A program made the translations under genes and the position numbers. Shown here piece by piece: positions 12,689 through 25,990 of a stretch of 64,000 nucleotides of DNA. The DNA comes from Hemiscyllium ocellatum. Its lineage: Eukaryota. The DNA lies in NCBI RefSeq assembly GCF_020745735.1, contig NC_083427.1, forward strand, positions 1,643,438 through 1,707,437. Reading direction: 5' to 3'. A model generated the notes under the pieces. The model had not been told where the DNA came from and did no database searches. It worked only from the letters and a program-made list of their open reading frames with translations. Each line of letters starts with the position of its first letter. Position 1 is the first letter of the stretch.

Positions 12689-13009
12689 GTGATTGCCGTC
12701 AGACAGATATTGTGGTCCATCTACTGAAACCTCCGTTCCAAGAGATTTGGACGCAAAAGACAGCGACCATTGTGTGTGAAATTGTTTACAGCAACTTAGA
12801 AAACATCAACGTTTTCTGGCAGGTGAATGGGGCTGAAAGAACAAAAGGAGTCAAGACAGAAAATCCTGTTTGGAACGGAAGTAAATTCACCATTTTGAGC
12901 AAACTTAAAGTCATTGCGTCAGAGTGGGACAGCGGTGCTGAATATGTTTGCTTGGTAGAAGACAGTGAATTACCAACACCAGAGAAAGCTTCTCTCAAAA
13001 AGAAAATTG
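12689..13009 (+). CDS. IgNAR: IgNAR constant exon C4 (includes N-terminal linker Cys, GDCRQT)
   Basis: Acceptor ttttctgtttcgAG at 12687-12688 and donor G|GTAAG at 13009/13010; 321 nt. It translates to (G)DCRQTDIVVHLLKPPFQEIWTQKTATIVCEIVYSNLEN...SEWDSGAEYVCLVEDSELPTPEKASLKKKI. The 5' boundary is less certain because of an alternative in-frame AG at 12705-12706. Confidence 0.93.
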
Positions 13010-13274
13010 GTAAGTCGGGATAGTACTGCAATAACAACAAAATAGAATTGATTTCGGAAGTCTGAAATGAAAAAAAAAATATTTCGAAGAAACAGAGCAG
13101 GAATGGCAGAATCTATGGAGAGAAGAATAGGGTGAACGTTTCCAGTCCAGTATGTAACTTCCTAAAAATAGTAATTTATAATATTTTGATATAAGCCTGA
13201 CTCATACAGTAGTTGAATGGAATAAAAAATCCTGTCAAACCATTAATGCGTTCCAGTAAATTCCCCCTAAGTCA

Positions 13275-13510
13275 GCAGCAGAAAGTGGCTCACTGGTTTG
13301 CACTGCTGCCTCAAGGCACAGGTTCAAATCGAACTCTGTGTAGAGGGTTCCCAAGTTCACGTGGGCTTCCATTGCGAGCTCCAGTTCTCGTCGACTATGT
13401 GCAAGTTAGATGGAATGGCAATGGGGTACGTGCTTTTGTCGGGAGTGGGTCTTGGAGGGATGCTCTTTGGCGTTTGGGTAGGGACTTGTTGGGCCGAATG
13501 GCTTGTTAAA
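13275..13510 (+). mobile_element. Old degenerate HE1-like SINE in the C4-C5 intron
   Basis: Degenerate head gtggctcactggtttgcactgctgcctca, ggttcaaatc B-box and 3' gggacttgttgggccgaatggcttgtt. Confidence 0.6.
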
Positions 13511-13810
13511 ACGTTATGAGGAAATCATGGAAAGCCAATAGCCGTGGCTTCTTCTTTACTGAAAATGAGCGTGAAGAACTGTAAGTGGATGAATCATTTG
13601 CACTCCACGAATAGCAATCTTTACAAAATGTATGATTGGCCCCAAGATTTAAACCAGCAAAGTAGGGGACATGAAATGCTGTAGCATTCAGAAATATTTG
13701 CATAGTCTGACAGATTGGAAATAATTTATAAACTATATGCATTACTAGCAATGAAATTCTAATGCAGATGTAAGATGGTCTCAGCTAAACAAACATCACT
13801 CTCTTTGCAG

Positions 13811-14193
13811 ACGACCAAATGCGTCCTCCTCAGGTTTATCTCCTGCAGCCATCGACAGACGAGATTGACGCTGAGAATTCAGCGACCCTGATGTGTCTCG
13901 TCACCAGCTTTTACCCAGCTGAGATCTACATTGGCTGGATGGCCAATGACACCCTTTTGGATACCGGGTACCGAACCCAATTGGATAGCCAGGCGGGGAA
14001 TGGTTCCAACTTCGTGACCAGCAGGTTGAGAGTCACAGCGGCGGAATGGAACAATGACACCACTTACTCCTGCTTAGTGGGACACCCATCCCTCAGCCGG
14101 GAGTTAATCAGAAGTACAAACAAATCTCATGGTAAACCGACAGCAGTCAATGTTTCAGTCGTACTAAGCGATATTGTTAAAACCTGCACATAA
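13811..14193 (+). CDS. IgNAR: IgNAR exon C5 plus secretory tailpiece (internal donor to TM1 after 14131)
   Basis: Acceptor ctctttgcAG at 13809-13810. It translates to (D)DQMRPPQVYLLQPSTDEIDAENSATLMCLVTSFYPAEIYIGWMAND...TYSCLVGHPSLSRELIRSTNKSH-GKPTAVNVSVVLSDIVKTCT-stop. The tail has the NVS glycan site and penultimate Cys of secreted Ig tails, with the canonical G|GTAAA donor at the C5/tail boundary. Confidence 0.97.
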
Positions 14194-14472
14194 CTTGCAG
14201 TGATTGACGAACTGTTTTCCATAGATAGGTTCATGTTACTATGGTAATAACTGTTAGAGTAACTGTTTAAGCATTTTCAATTCATTGCATGCATCAGTCA
14301 CATTTAAGATCAGTGATCACTTTTGTCAAAAAGAAAGTAGCCACTATTCCAAATTGCATCTGTTGGTAAAAGATAATTAAGCTTAGACTCTGAAACGCAA
14401 GGAAAGGCTTGTCTTGTAAGTCTGATCGTTCTGACGATCGCTTGAAACGTTCCATCCTGCTACGGCAGGAAA

Positions 14473-14519
14473 AATAAACCATGTTTAAGTCTGTATGTGG
14501 CTCCGATGGTTGTAATAAA
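14473..14519 (+). promoter_or_regulatory. Candidate secretory-form polyadenylation signals (AATAAA at 14473-14478 and 14514-14519; another at 14763-14768)
   Basis: These are the first AATAAA hexamers after the secretory stop codon at 14193. Which one is used cannot be told from sequence. Confidence 0.55.
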
Positions 14520-14699
14520 TGCAGAATGGAAATACTTTGACTTACTTATTCTTGGTTTGCATGTATAGTACTTCCAGAAAGATGATTTTGACCTTGATTG
14601 AAATGTGCGTGATACCCACTTGTGAGAAGCCAGCACTGCTGCTTGTTTACACGTGCAGACCTTTAGAGCCACTCGGCATCACTCTGAGTAAACCACACT

Positions 14700-15800
14700 T
14701 ATCCTCACCATTTTTGACTGCACTCCTCCATCATGCAGAGCCAATGGGGTATCGCGTGGTAAAATAAAATGATTGAAGATATCGTGGTGTCAACTTGTTC
14801 AGTGTGTGAATCAGTTCTCCTCATTGCCCTTACCTTCATGTAGCCAGTCTTGGCAAGTACTCTACGTCCAGTCGTGACGTCCAGTCATTGTCTGTCGTAT
14901 TTGTGTTGCATTTTCACAAGGATCCATGCTTGAGTCCTCATATAGAGCAGTCTACAAGCATTCCATCACAGATATCATCCGAACAAGCTCAGCCTCCACT
15001 TCGACACTGATATCACATAATTCTCTCTAACAACCGTATATTTCTCCTCTGTGTTTGACTAATACATCCTCAGACGTGACATAAAATCAAACAATGCAGA
15101 AGCCAAACTCATTGTCCTCTGTTTTGTCGTCAACTCAGGTTCGTCACTCTGTGGTGACAGTTGTTTTCTTTTCTGACTTGAAATTCGACATAAATGGAAC
15201 ATCTAAGTCCATCAATCATCCCAACAGAAGACTGCCATTTTTCTGGTTTGTCTGCATTCACCAAAACCATATGATTCAAACTGACTGTTTCACCCATTCG
15301 TTGTCTGCTATGTATCATGCACTCTCTATAGTCTTAAATTTACACCAAACTGAAATACCAGGTATGTGAATTCGCAGCATTTCCCATTTACCCAACACGA
15401 CTGAACTTTTCAACCATGTCTATTAATGCTTCCCGTGCAAAACGCTTCCTCACTTATCAAAATAACATGCAGTGAGTCAAATTCGTGTTTGGATACCCTT
15501 ACCTTCATTTAACCAGTCTTTCCATATATTCCATAGTACATAGAATATAGAACATAGAACAATACAGTGCAAAACAAACCTTTCGGCCCGAAATGTTGCA
15601 CTGACCTATGGACTTTTCTCAGCTCGTCCCCCTACACTATCCCAAAATCATCCACGAGTTTATCTAAGGATTGTTTAAATCTCCCTATTGTGGATGAGTT
15701 GACTACCTTAGCAAGTAGGGAATTCCGCGCCCTTACCAGTCTCTGTGTACATCTTTCCTCTGACATCAATCTTAAATCTATCACCCATTAATTTGTAGTT
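14700..15800 (-). mobile_element. Antisense LINE fragments (old CR1 piece plus a CR1 3' end at about 15532-15800)
   Basis: catagaatatagaacatagaac at 15539-15560 is the reverse complement of the ctatgtt tail, and degenerate RT-like sequence lies upstream. Confidence 0.55.
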
Positions 15801-16204
15801 ATAATACATTTATCATTCTGATACAGTATGATGAATTTCACTCGTACAGCATCATTACTGCGTCAGTGTAAGAATCGTTGCATTCAACGTCACCCATGTA
15901 GAAACTCCACACTAACCCTAAATATTAGCAGGCGAAGTCAGAGTCCACCTGGACAATGAAAGCATCCATTTGAAGTATTATATGTGGATGCAAATCCATT
16001 ATCAATCAGCTGATTCTATCGTTGGTGTAATAGCGTTATGTCATTTCCTACCTGTGCACCAAACAGACCATTTTCCATGTATCAGTAGGTCTCCCAGCAT
16101 CTGTGAAGAGAAAGCATTATTATTTTGTTCACGTGACCTTCATTAAAACCAACGAGGAAGGGTCACTCGAAACGAAACGTTATCTCTGAGTTTTCTCCAC
16201 CGAT

Positions 16205-16362
16205 GCTGACAGTTCGATTGGTGTATAAATAGGTAGGATTTATAAGGATATGGGTCAAGTGCTGGCAGGCGGGACTAGATTGTGTTGGGATATCTGGTTG
16301 GCGTGGACGGCTTGGACCAAAGGGTCTGCTTCCGTGCTGTACATCTCTATGACTCTATGACT
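16205..16362 (+). mobile_element. Short LINE 3'-end fragment
   Basis: It reads ggatatgggtcaagtgctggca...gggtctgcttccgtgctgtacatctctatgactctatgact, the same type as 51050-51172. Confidence 0.6.
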
Positions 16363-17129
16363 GTAAGTCATAAGTCCTTCGAGCAATTTTTGCTTTTGTT
16401 TCTGATTTGCAAGATCGACAGCTTCTTTTTCCTTTTTTATGTAAAGTGTCATGGCTGAAATATTGCACACAATAAGCAGAAACCAATGCAGCAATCTGGG
16501 GAGTTGGTTGGCAGACTTGTGTCTAGTTTCAACTGCATCTACGATGCCTCTTCTCCAAAAAAAAACTACATTTTAACATGGGAGGAAAAAATCTTTAGCA
16601 AAACATTTGCAACATTCCGAATCTGCAAGGCACAAATTTCACATTGGCTATTCTGATTCGAAGTTTTTCGTGAGGTTATGTGTTCTGATTAGTTTATGAG
16701 GGAGGAATGCAAAGGATTGTGGTTCTGAAATGTATGCATGAACACGAAAGCCTGCACCATTGGTCAGGTGTAAGATAGCACGCTCAGGTAACCTGCTTTG
16801 GTAAACATACATGTCTGAACAGCTGTTCATGAATATGATGACATTTTTTGACATTCAGCAGTTTTCGCAGTTTCAGGACATGCGATACTTATTCTCAGTA
16901 GATTGTATCTCCACATGTGACACTCTGCTTTGCTCTTCAATGTGACATAACTCCATGTTGAAAGGCATATCTGTGCGTGGATAGATCTGTTCAACGTGAT
17001 GTGACAACTGTTCATGCTGGATTGGTGATTGGAGAGTTCATTTTCAATTGTCTGTTCTGTGTATCTGTACATGAGGCTGTCTCTGAGTGGGAAAATTTCA
17101 AAACAAGTTTTGTTTTTGATGAGTTTCCC

Positions 17130-18237
17130 CGTGGTAGGCAATTACACAAAATATTGAGGCATGGGATTGAGCGTGCTTTCACGGTTTGGATCAAAAATTG
17201 GCTAGCTGAAAGAAAAAGGTGGTGTTTGATGGGAAATATTCTTCTTGGAGTTCAGTTACTTGTGGTGTACTGCAAGAATATGATTGGGGTCCACTGCTGT
17301 TTGTCGTTCTGATATATAACCTAGATGCGGCACAGAAGGATGGCTTAGTAAATTTGTGGCTGACACTAAGTTCGGTAGACTTGTGGATGGTGCCGAAGGA
17401 CCTTGTGGATAACAGAGAGACATAGATAAACTATAGAGCTGTGCTCAGATGCGACAAATGGAGTTTAATGCGGGAAGGTGTGACGTAATTGACTTTGGAA
17501 AGAATAGAAGGAATAAAGAGCACTGGGCTAACAGTAAGATTCTTGGTTGTGGAGAGGAGCAGAGAGATCTCAGTGTCCATGTACGTAGATACTTGAAAGT
17601 TGCCACCCATTTTGATTGGGTTGTTATAAGGCATACAGTGTGTTAGATTTATTATTTTGTGTTTCAGAGTCACACGGTCATGCTGTAGTTGTGAAAAACT
17701 CTGGAGTGGCCGCAATTGGAGTATTTTGTACAGTTCTAGTAACTGCATTATAGGAAGGATGAGGTAGCTTTGGGAAGGGTTCAGACGATATATACTATGA
17801 CTTTGCCCGGTTTGGAAATGAGACCTCATGAGCAAAGTCTGACCGACTTGAGGCTGTTTTCATGAGAGAGAAATAGGTTGGAGGTGACTTAATTGAGACA
17901 TACAAGATAATCAGAGAGTTAGATAAGGTGGACAGTGAGAGCGTTTTTCCTCGGATAGCAATGGCTCCCTCGAGAGGACATAGCTTTAAATTGCGGGATG
18001 ATAGTTTTTGGACAGTTGTCTGAGGTAGTTGCTTTACTCAGAAAATAATAGGGGATTGAACGCACTGCCTGCAAGAATAGCAGACTCGCCAACTTAATGA
18101 CACTTAAATGGTCATTGGCTCGGCATATGGACGAGAATTGAATAATATAGGTTAGATATACTTCAAATTGATTTCACAGGTCGGTGCTGCATTGATGGGT
18201 CTGTACTGCTCTATAATCTTCTATGTTCTGTGTTCTT
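17130..18237 (+). mobile_element. 5'-truncated CR1-type LINE
   Basis: RT/thumb remnants (YSSWSSVTCGV, PLLFV, EFNAGRCDVIDFG) and a ctatgttctgtgttct tail. Confidence 0.85.
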
Positions 18238-19489
18238 TTTGGGATATGGTTCTGCAGTGGCTGTTTTGTTGTATATTAGAAAGACTGTGCTGTATGATGT
18301 CCAGCTATTCCGTACTGGTGGGAGTGTCAGTAACTAGAGCAGATTCATCAGGTCATGTAATGGGGTATCTATCCATGTCAGAAACTACCTTTGAATTGAA
18401 AAATGCTGCTGCTACTAACATAGAATCTCTACATGTACAACCTTGCGTGACATGATGAAAATACAAACAGCGAAGCCGTTTGTGTGGCATCTGTTCATGC
18501 TAAAAAAAACCCTCATTTACTGAGGGTTCCATGGCATTACATGTTGGTTAGTTGTTGAAATGTGTTAGCCACCATTCTATGTCAGCTATTTGAAGCATCC
18601 GGTTTCGATAGACAGAACTGAAATAAAGTTTGGGAATTGCCTTCTCTCTACTTCTCAATTTCACAGTCGAGATTCACTGTGCCAAAATATCTGCTTGCCA
18701 TCGTAACCCGTCACTTCCATTGTTCTCTCCTCAGTAATTCGATAGCAACTCACCCAACTCCACTGAAGTCTTGTTATGAATTGCATATGCGTAAACTAAA
18801 CTGATTTGCTTTTGGGATGCGACAGATGCCACTTGCAGCAGTTGCTGAGAACACACAGCAGGTCAGTTCAAACCTAAATGGCATTGATAGACTAAAAGCC
18901 TGGACGTGAGCTTTGAATACATTCTGTGAAGCCGTTTATTCTGTGACAAGTACGACACTTCTGTGATCATGATTATTTTAGATGAAATGTCCAAATGCCT
19001 GAATACATTATGAGCACTAACTTCTTCACATTAACTATACTGGTGTGAATTCAAGATTTCTTTATGACAGACTTTATATTAGCATTAATTAAGGTTTCAT
19101 TAATTTGACACTATGCAAGATTTCCAGCATTTTCAGTGGCAATTAACTACGTGGGTTATGATAAGAAAGCAAGGAGGCTCCAAACTGATATGGACAGTCT
19201 GTTCCCGGGGCAAGAAAAGATCAGATGGATTATTTTGTAGATTAAGTACAAGTTTATCCTCTTTGCCATTACGGCCTTCAACGAGGAGTATCTCTGAAAA
19301 GCCAGGAGAATGGGAAATGTTAATGCTAAAAGGGAATTGAGAGTCTGATTATATTAGTTCTTGAAATCTAACAAATGCAAGAAAGAGATAGAATGCTAAG
19401 AGGGTTGGTGTGAAGACAACAATCAATAAAACGAAGGAGCCGTGCATTGCCTTGTGGAAGTGAAGCTGATGGCATGCCCTTGTCTGTAT

Positions 19490-20165
19490 CAATAGTGCCG
19501 AGATGAGGTTCGTCCACAGTGTCAAGGTTCTGGAAATGATTACGACCAACAACCTGTCTGGTCTATCCATGTCGTCTCAATGTTCAAGAAAACAAAAGAG
19601 CATATCTACTTCCTCAGGTGGCTGAAGGCAATTTGATATGTCCACAAGCGCTCTTATCAATTTTCACAGATGCACCATAGTCAGCCTTCTCTGTGCATGC
19701 ATCATAGTGCGATTTGGCAACAGCTTCTCCCATTACCACCAGAAACTACAAGAGTCATGAATACAGCCCCGTCCATAACATAACCCAGACTTCCAGCATT
19801 GAAGACGTGTTGATTTTCCAATCTCTTGAGAAGCCAACAATTGAATCAAAGACCGCTTTCACTCCTGCTCTGTTTTCTTCCAGCCTCTTCTATCAGACAG
19901 AAGACATAAAAGCTTTTGCACATGTGCAAATAGATTCAAGAATAGCTTCTTCCCTGCTGCTATTAGATTCCTGAATGGAACTCTCAAATGTTACATTTCA
20001 TGTTGATCTCGCTCTGTGCCTCTTATCTGCAGCTGTATCGTTTTATGTTCGCTCCGTCCGAGGACCCTGCATACTTTGTTTGGTATGATCTGCCTACACT
20101 GCACGAAAAACAAAACATTTCACTGGACCTAGGTATGTGTCAATAATAATTCCAATCAAATCAAA
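19490..20165 (+). mobile_element. Rex1/Babar-type non-LTR retrotransposon 3' fragment
   Basis: Degenerate segments resembling Rex1 KFLG-ITNNL-W / YFLRRL / NFYRCTI / KLQRV / SFFPA-IR motifs, ending in (aatca)n. Confidence 0.65.
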
Positions 20166-20559
20166 TTTATTGGAAAGCAAAGAGCAGCAGCTATGTTTTA
20201 AGGAGTTCAATCGCAAGGAAATTTGAATAAGAATACATGCATTGCTTCAAATTTGTAGAATTGCTAAGATTGCACCGAGACATAGTGCAAAATCTATTAC
20301 CTTCACTTAAGTTAGGATGCAATTTCCTTTCAAATGCATTGTGATGGATATCCAGATGACAAACTTGTGAGATTGTCGGACCATCCCATGAAACGACTAT
20401 GAAGAGACTGCTCTAATAGTTTGAGCTAATCGAATAATGAGAGATTGACCGAGCATGTGCATGACGGTGTACGGTTGGTGTTTGATGTTAATGACTTTAG
20501 TGGCAATGTGGATGCATGGAAAAATTACTCGAGGTAGGCGATCCAATGCTGTCGAGAAT

Positions 20560-22400
20560 GGTGAATCAGGATCAAGGGGTGGGACGGCCTGCTCCATGCT
20601 TCCATATTCCTGTCATCTCAACAGCAGAAAGCTACAGAATCGAAGATAATTAAAACAAAAAGGAGAGTAACAAATCAACGAGAGAATGAATAAAATGATG
20701 GAAAATTTCAGGCATTCCTAAGTATGTTTTCATTGAGCTATTTCATGGAAGAAGGTGAATAATGAAAGCATTGGGGCGAACAGGAGTGGCCATTGTAACT
20801 GTTTCTTACAGAATTTTTTTCTTCACTAAGGAGGGAATTAATGGAAAGAGTGTAATTTAAAAAAAGGATTCTAGTAAAATTTTATATTAAATAATAATGA
20901 GAATGAATGTATTGTAGAGTCAAACCTCCTGGAAAGTGCAGATATATTTCGTGGTAAAAGGAACCCAGTGAGGAAATAATAGATGCTCAAAGGATCATTT
21001 GCCAATTCTCACGAAATGTATGTGAGGTAGCAGAGAATTATAATTGTAAGTCTACAACTATTCCAGCCTCGAAAATGTCTCGATGTTCGACCAGAAAATT
21101 AAAGGCCAGTCCGTTTGTACTCCATGGAGGGCACTTTATGAGAACCAATTATTAAAGGTCAGGTGGAAAGATACTAAGAAAGAGTTGGACTAATCATGGA
21201 AAGTCAGAATGCATTTGTGATGTGAACATCGTGTGTTATGAAGTTAAGCGGTTTTTTTGGTGAAATAGCATCAAGGGGACTCTTAGGGATAGTATTTCGG
21301 TAATGTCTAAATGGATATAGTGAGGCATTTGCCGAGATCCAACGTAGAAGACTTGTCAGAAAAAAAAGCCCATGAAATAGAAGTGAGTGCCAAGTTTGAT
21401 CACAAAATTGTGTCACCGACAGGAAGCAATGTTTAACACTGCAGAATGTGTTCCTTTGATTTTTTTTTTAACCATTTCCAGTGTTGTATGACACGACTTA
21501 GTGTTTTATCGCTTGGCATTTGAGCTGTACATTCATGATATATATTTTAACGTGGAAGTTTTGATTTGGATTTCGTTGATGATACAGAGGCAGTGGCATC
21601 GTTTATATTAATGATAATGGCCGTCAAATGCAGCTTTATATTACTGGTTCAGTTCTGATGGTGAAATATGATAATTTGAATTCAGTGTGTAAGTGGGAAT
21701 ATATAAAGTGAAGAGGATGTCAGAAACTTTACAGTATAGTCCATCGGTCCATGTTTGCTGAAGAACAGGTGATGAAATGCGTTAAAAAAGGCATGTGTGA
21801 ACCATTGAGATGTTTTCCTGCTTTCGATGAAATGTTGAACACAAAATATATTCAATGCTCAAACTCTGTGGTTTGTTGATTGAATCAAACGCAGCAGTTT
21901 TGTGTGAAGTCCAAGTCACCAGGTTCGTGGAAAGGCAAAATTGTTCAGGATAGAGGACAACAAGTTATACAAGAATGTTGGGATAAATTTTAAATGGATG
22001 TACCATTGTTATTTTCCTCCCAAGACAGGCGGCAGAGTTCCAGCTAAATTGTACAGTACAAAATAATGAGGGGTTTATGTATTTGGGCAGCGAGTTCATG
22101 GTATTATTGCGGGGAAGACATAGGGAAATACATTAATGCATTATAGACAAGTAAAGTGATTTTTTACAGTCACATTCCGTAATTAGAACAAAATAATTGA
22201 TTGTCTTTTAACCAGTGGGTACCTCTAAGGACGACATGTGAAGTAAGGGAGAGAAAAGCATTTCCATCCGATGCTGGGTGCTGTCTGAGATTTGTGTCCT
22301 GGTTTGATGGTTGAGACAGAAATCCTCAAGTTATTTGGAAGCAGTTTGGATGTGAAGCTGGGTGTTGTGTGCTTCAGGAATGTTGGATGGTTCTATAGTT
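20560..22400 (+). mobile_element. Highly decayed CR1/L2 fragments
   Basis: Scattered remnants (aagtcagaatgcatttgtg...tcgtgtgttatgaag; ttatacaagaatgttggga...agggg). Boundaries are uncertain. Confidence 0.35.
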
Positions 22401-23269
22401 CTGCAAAGTTTCATTCATAACGTGATCGCTAAATTGATCACTTCAAACCTGTCAATGGAACTTTATTAGTGGGAGCTGTTTTGAAGTTAGAATGAATCAT
22501 TTTGGATAAAGTTATCAGTCAGTTGGAGAAATGTGCATTAATTACAGAAATGAAGACATGATTCAAAACAGGAATAAAAGGTGTTCAAATAATTGATTGG
22601 TATTTTGACGAGGTAACAAAGTTGAAATGCTGGCATGAAATTACAAGAGGAAGAGAAACAATGCATTTCTAAAATTGTAAAGTCACAGAATACAAAGACA
22701 ATTGTAAAAGATGACGAAGTTACATAATTGTCAAATGAGATGGAGTATCTATGTTCTTCCGATTTGAAAAAAACATATATAGTGATCTGTACTGAACAGG
22801 CCACTGGTTAAATCTTTCTATGAGAACTGGCGTTCTCTTCCCCATCCCCAATCGTTGCCCATTTCATGTAATCTTTAATACCTAATTAGCATCTGATTCC
22901 ACTTTATGCCTATGAGTGTTCTGCGCCGAGTGATATCAAGTGTAATTATTTTAGATGGATTTACTTTAATTGTTGTTGGTACCAAGAGGCAAGATATTAG
23001 TTGGTGGTCACTAGATGCTGTTGTCATCCTCACTTTTTTCTCCGTACGTGAAAAACACAATTCTATGGGATTTTAATACATTTTACAGATCCATAGATGC
23101 ACAGATTCATAACAGCACAGAAAAGACCCTTTGCTCCATCGTGCCTCCTCCAACGTGCACGAAACATGCACTAATTGCAATTTCCTGCACTTGTCCCATA
23201 TCCTTGAATATTGTGATGTTTGAAGTATATTTCCATTTCTTCCAAGTTGGCAAGGTTTCCAGCCAATGT

Positions 23270-25041
23270 GAGAAGTTGTTGGCAGTTAGGAACAAGGGAA
23301 ACTTGAAGACCTTCTACAGGTATATCAGGAATGCAAGAATGACTGGAGTAAGATTAGGCCAATCAAAGATGACTTTGTAAAGTTGTGTGTGGAATTTGAG
23401 GACATAACTGAAGCACTTAATGAATACTTTTCGTCAGTTTTCTCGTTGGAAAAGGGAAATGTTTGTGAGAATGCAGACTAGAAGAATTGATGGGATTATG
23501 CTTGACAAAGTGGAAGTTTTAGCAATTTTGGAAGATCTGCAAATAGTTAAGACCCTTGGCCAGGTGGGGTTTATCCTCGAATTCTCGGGGAAACCAATGA
23601 ACAGGTTGCAGAGCCCTTTGCTTCGATCATTATGTCACCATTCCTGAAAAGAGTAGTGCCAGAAAACCGGATGATAACAAATGTTGTTCCCTTGTTTAAG
23701 AAGGAGAGTCGGGACAACCCTGATAGTTATAGGCCAGTGAGACTTACAGTGGGTTATAAGAGATACGATATATGATCGTCTGGTAAAGAATGATTTGATT
23801 AGGGATAGTCAACACGGTTTTGCAAACTGTGGGTCGTGTCTCACTAACCTTATTGAGATCTTCGAGATGGTGACAAAGCAGATGGATGAAGGTCAAGAGG
23901 TTGATGTGACGTATTTGGACATCAGTAAGGCGTTTGATAGGATTCCACGTGGTAGTCTATTGCACAAAATATGGAGTCGGGATTGAAGGTGATTTAACGG
24001 TTTTGATCAGAAATCGGCTGGCTTAAAGAAGATAGAGGATGGTGTTCGATGGGAAATGTTCATACTGGTTCTTGGTTATCAGTGGCATGCAGCAAGGGTC
24101 TGGTCTGGAGGCACTGGTGTTTGTCATTTTTATAAATGATCTGGATGTGGGCTTTAAAGGAGGAGTTAGTAAATTAGCGGATGACACTAAGGTAGGCAGA
24201 GTTGTGGTTAGTGCCAAAGGATGCTGTGGGCTATAGAGGGACACAGTTAAGATGCAGAGCTGGGCTGAGAAGTGTGAAATGGAGATTAATGTGGAAAAAG
24301 TGTGAGGTGGTTCACTTCAAAGAAGTAACGGGTATACAGAGTACTGGGCTTGAGATCAAATGTTTGCCAGTGTAGATGAACCTGGTCGGTGTCCAGGTGC
24401 ATAAATCCCTGAAAAATGTCACCCAGTTGGATAGGGCTGTTAAGAAGGCATATGGTGCATTCGCCACAAGATCATGCTTCAGCTGTCCAAGATACTGGTA
24501 AGGCTGCACCTGGAATATTGCATGCAGTGCTGGTCACCGCACTATCAGAAGGATGTTGAAGCTTTGGAAAGGGTTCAGAGGACATTTGCTAGGATGTTTC
24601 CTGGTATGGAAAGAAGGTCTTTTGAAGAAAGGCTGAGGGAACTGAGGCTGTTTCCATGGGAGAGAAGAAAATTGAGAGGTGACTTTATCAAAGTGTATCA
24701 GATCATAACATGGTTAGATAGGGTGGGCAGTGAGAGCCTTTTTCCTCGGATGGTGATGGCTAACATGAGGGGACTGAGCTTAAACTGAGGGATGTTAGAT
24801 TTAGAACAGATATTCGGGGCAGTTTCTTCACTCAGAGATTACGAGGGGCGTGAAATTGCCTGCCTGCAGTAGTAGACTCGACCAAGTTAAGAGCATTTAA
24901 ATGGGCATTGGGAATACGTATAGATAATAATGGAATGGTGTAGGTTTGAAGGGCATCAGAGTATTTTCACAGGTCGGTAAAGCATTGAGGCCCGAAGGGT
25001 CTGCACTGCGCTGTAACGTTCTATGTTCGATGTTCTATGTT
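23270..25041 (+). mobile_element. CR1-type LINE (RT region to 3' tail)
   Basis: IRDSQHGFANCGSCLTNLIEIFE, DVTYLDISKAFDRIP, QGSGLEALVFVIFINDLD, KLADDTKVG and LVRLHLEYCMQCWSPHY are present, with a ctatgttcgatgttctatgtt tail. Confidence 0.92.
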
Positions 25042-25059
25042 ACCTCGCCAATATGTGCA

Positions 25060-25990
25060 TTCCAAATTCTCTCGATGTGTTGAATGACACTCTGAACCTG
25101 ATGCCCCTGTCGTAACTGACTCCTCAACCAAGGGGGGCAGGTGTTCTCTATTAAAACTTTGCATACCTCTCGTAATCGTAAACACGTAAATCATTACCCC
25201 TTCTGTCTACTCTGTTTTGAAGAAAATGATCCAAACCCTATCTAGGATCATAACATAGCTCAATTTCTCCATCCCAGGCAACATCCTGGTGAATCTTCCC
25301 TCTCTCCCCTCTAATCCTGTCACATCCTTCCTGCCATGACAAGACCAGAACTGGACATCGTACTCCAAACCTGGCCTGACTGACGCTTTGTACAAGTCCA
25401 AAATTACTCATTTATGCTCTATGGCACGAAAGATGAAAACAAGTGTGCCTAACAGTACTTCATCTTGTTTCTTCTTCCAAAGCATATTATCTTGCACTTA
25501 TCAGGGTTAATGATCATGTGTTTTAGGTCTCCAATCACCCAATAGGATTTTCACTATTTACCACTCTTCCAAATGTGGTATCTTCTGCAAGTTTGCTTCA
25601 TAATCCTCCTCCCCCCACATTTTTATTTGAATGTTTTGTGTATCTAACGAACAATATGGGTCCGTAAACTGCTCCGAGTGGTGTACCGTTTCACACAAGT
25701 CTGCAGTGATCCAAACAGCCTTCTATCATTGTCTTTGAGTTCTATTACAGAGCCAGTTTCTGATCTGGCGTGAAGGCTTTCGATCAGGTCCATGTGCTTT
25801 AACTGTCTCAAATAATGTACAGTAAGAAGTCTTTCAAAAACTTTGATGCAATCCATATATAAACTACGTCAAATGATCTCCTATTGTCCACACATTTTAG
25901 TGTATTTTCAAAAATTTCCAACAAATTTGTTAGGCATGACATCCCTCTGAGAAAGCTATGTTTACTATTCTCTGCCCTCTATTGCCTGTT
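25060..25990 (-). mobile_element. Antisense CR1/L2 fragments
   Basis: The - strand ORF reads LYKASVRPGLEYDVQFWS...RFTRMLPGM, with further RT remnants (DCIKVFE, LIESL). Confidence 0.75.

Noticed and set aside
13696-15995. Octamer motifs ATTTGCAT (13696-13703) and ATGCAAAT (15988-15995)
   Set aside because: These are isolated 8-mers in AT-rich introns, about the number expected by chance, with no promoter or V context.
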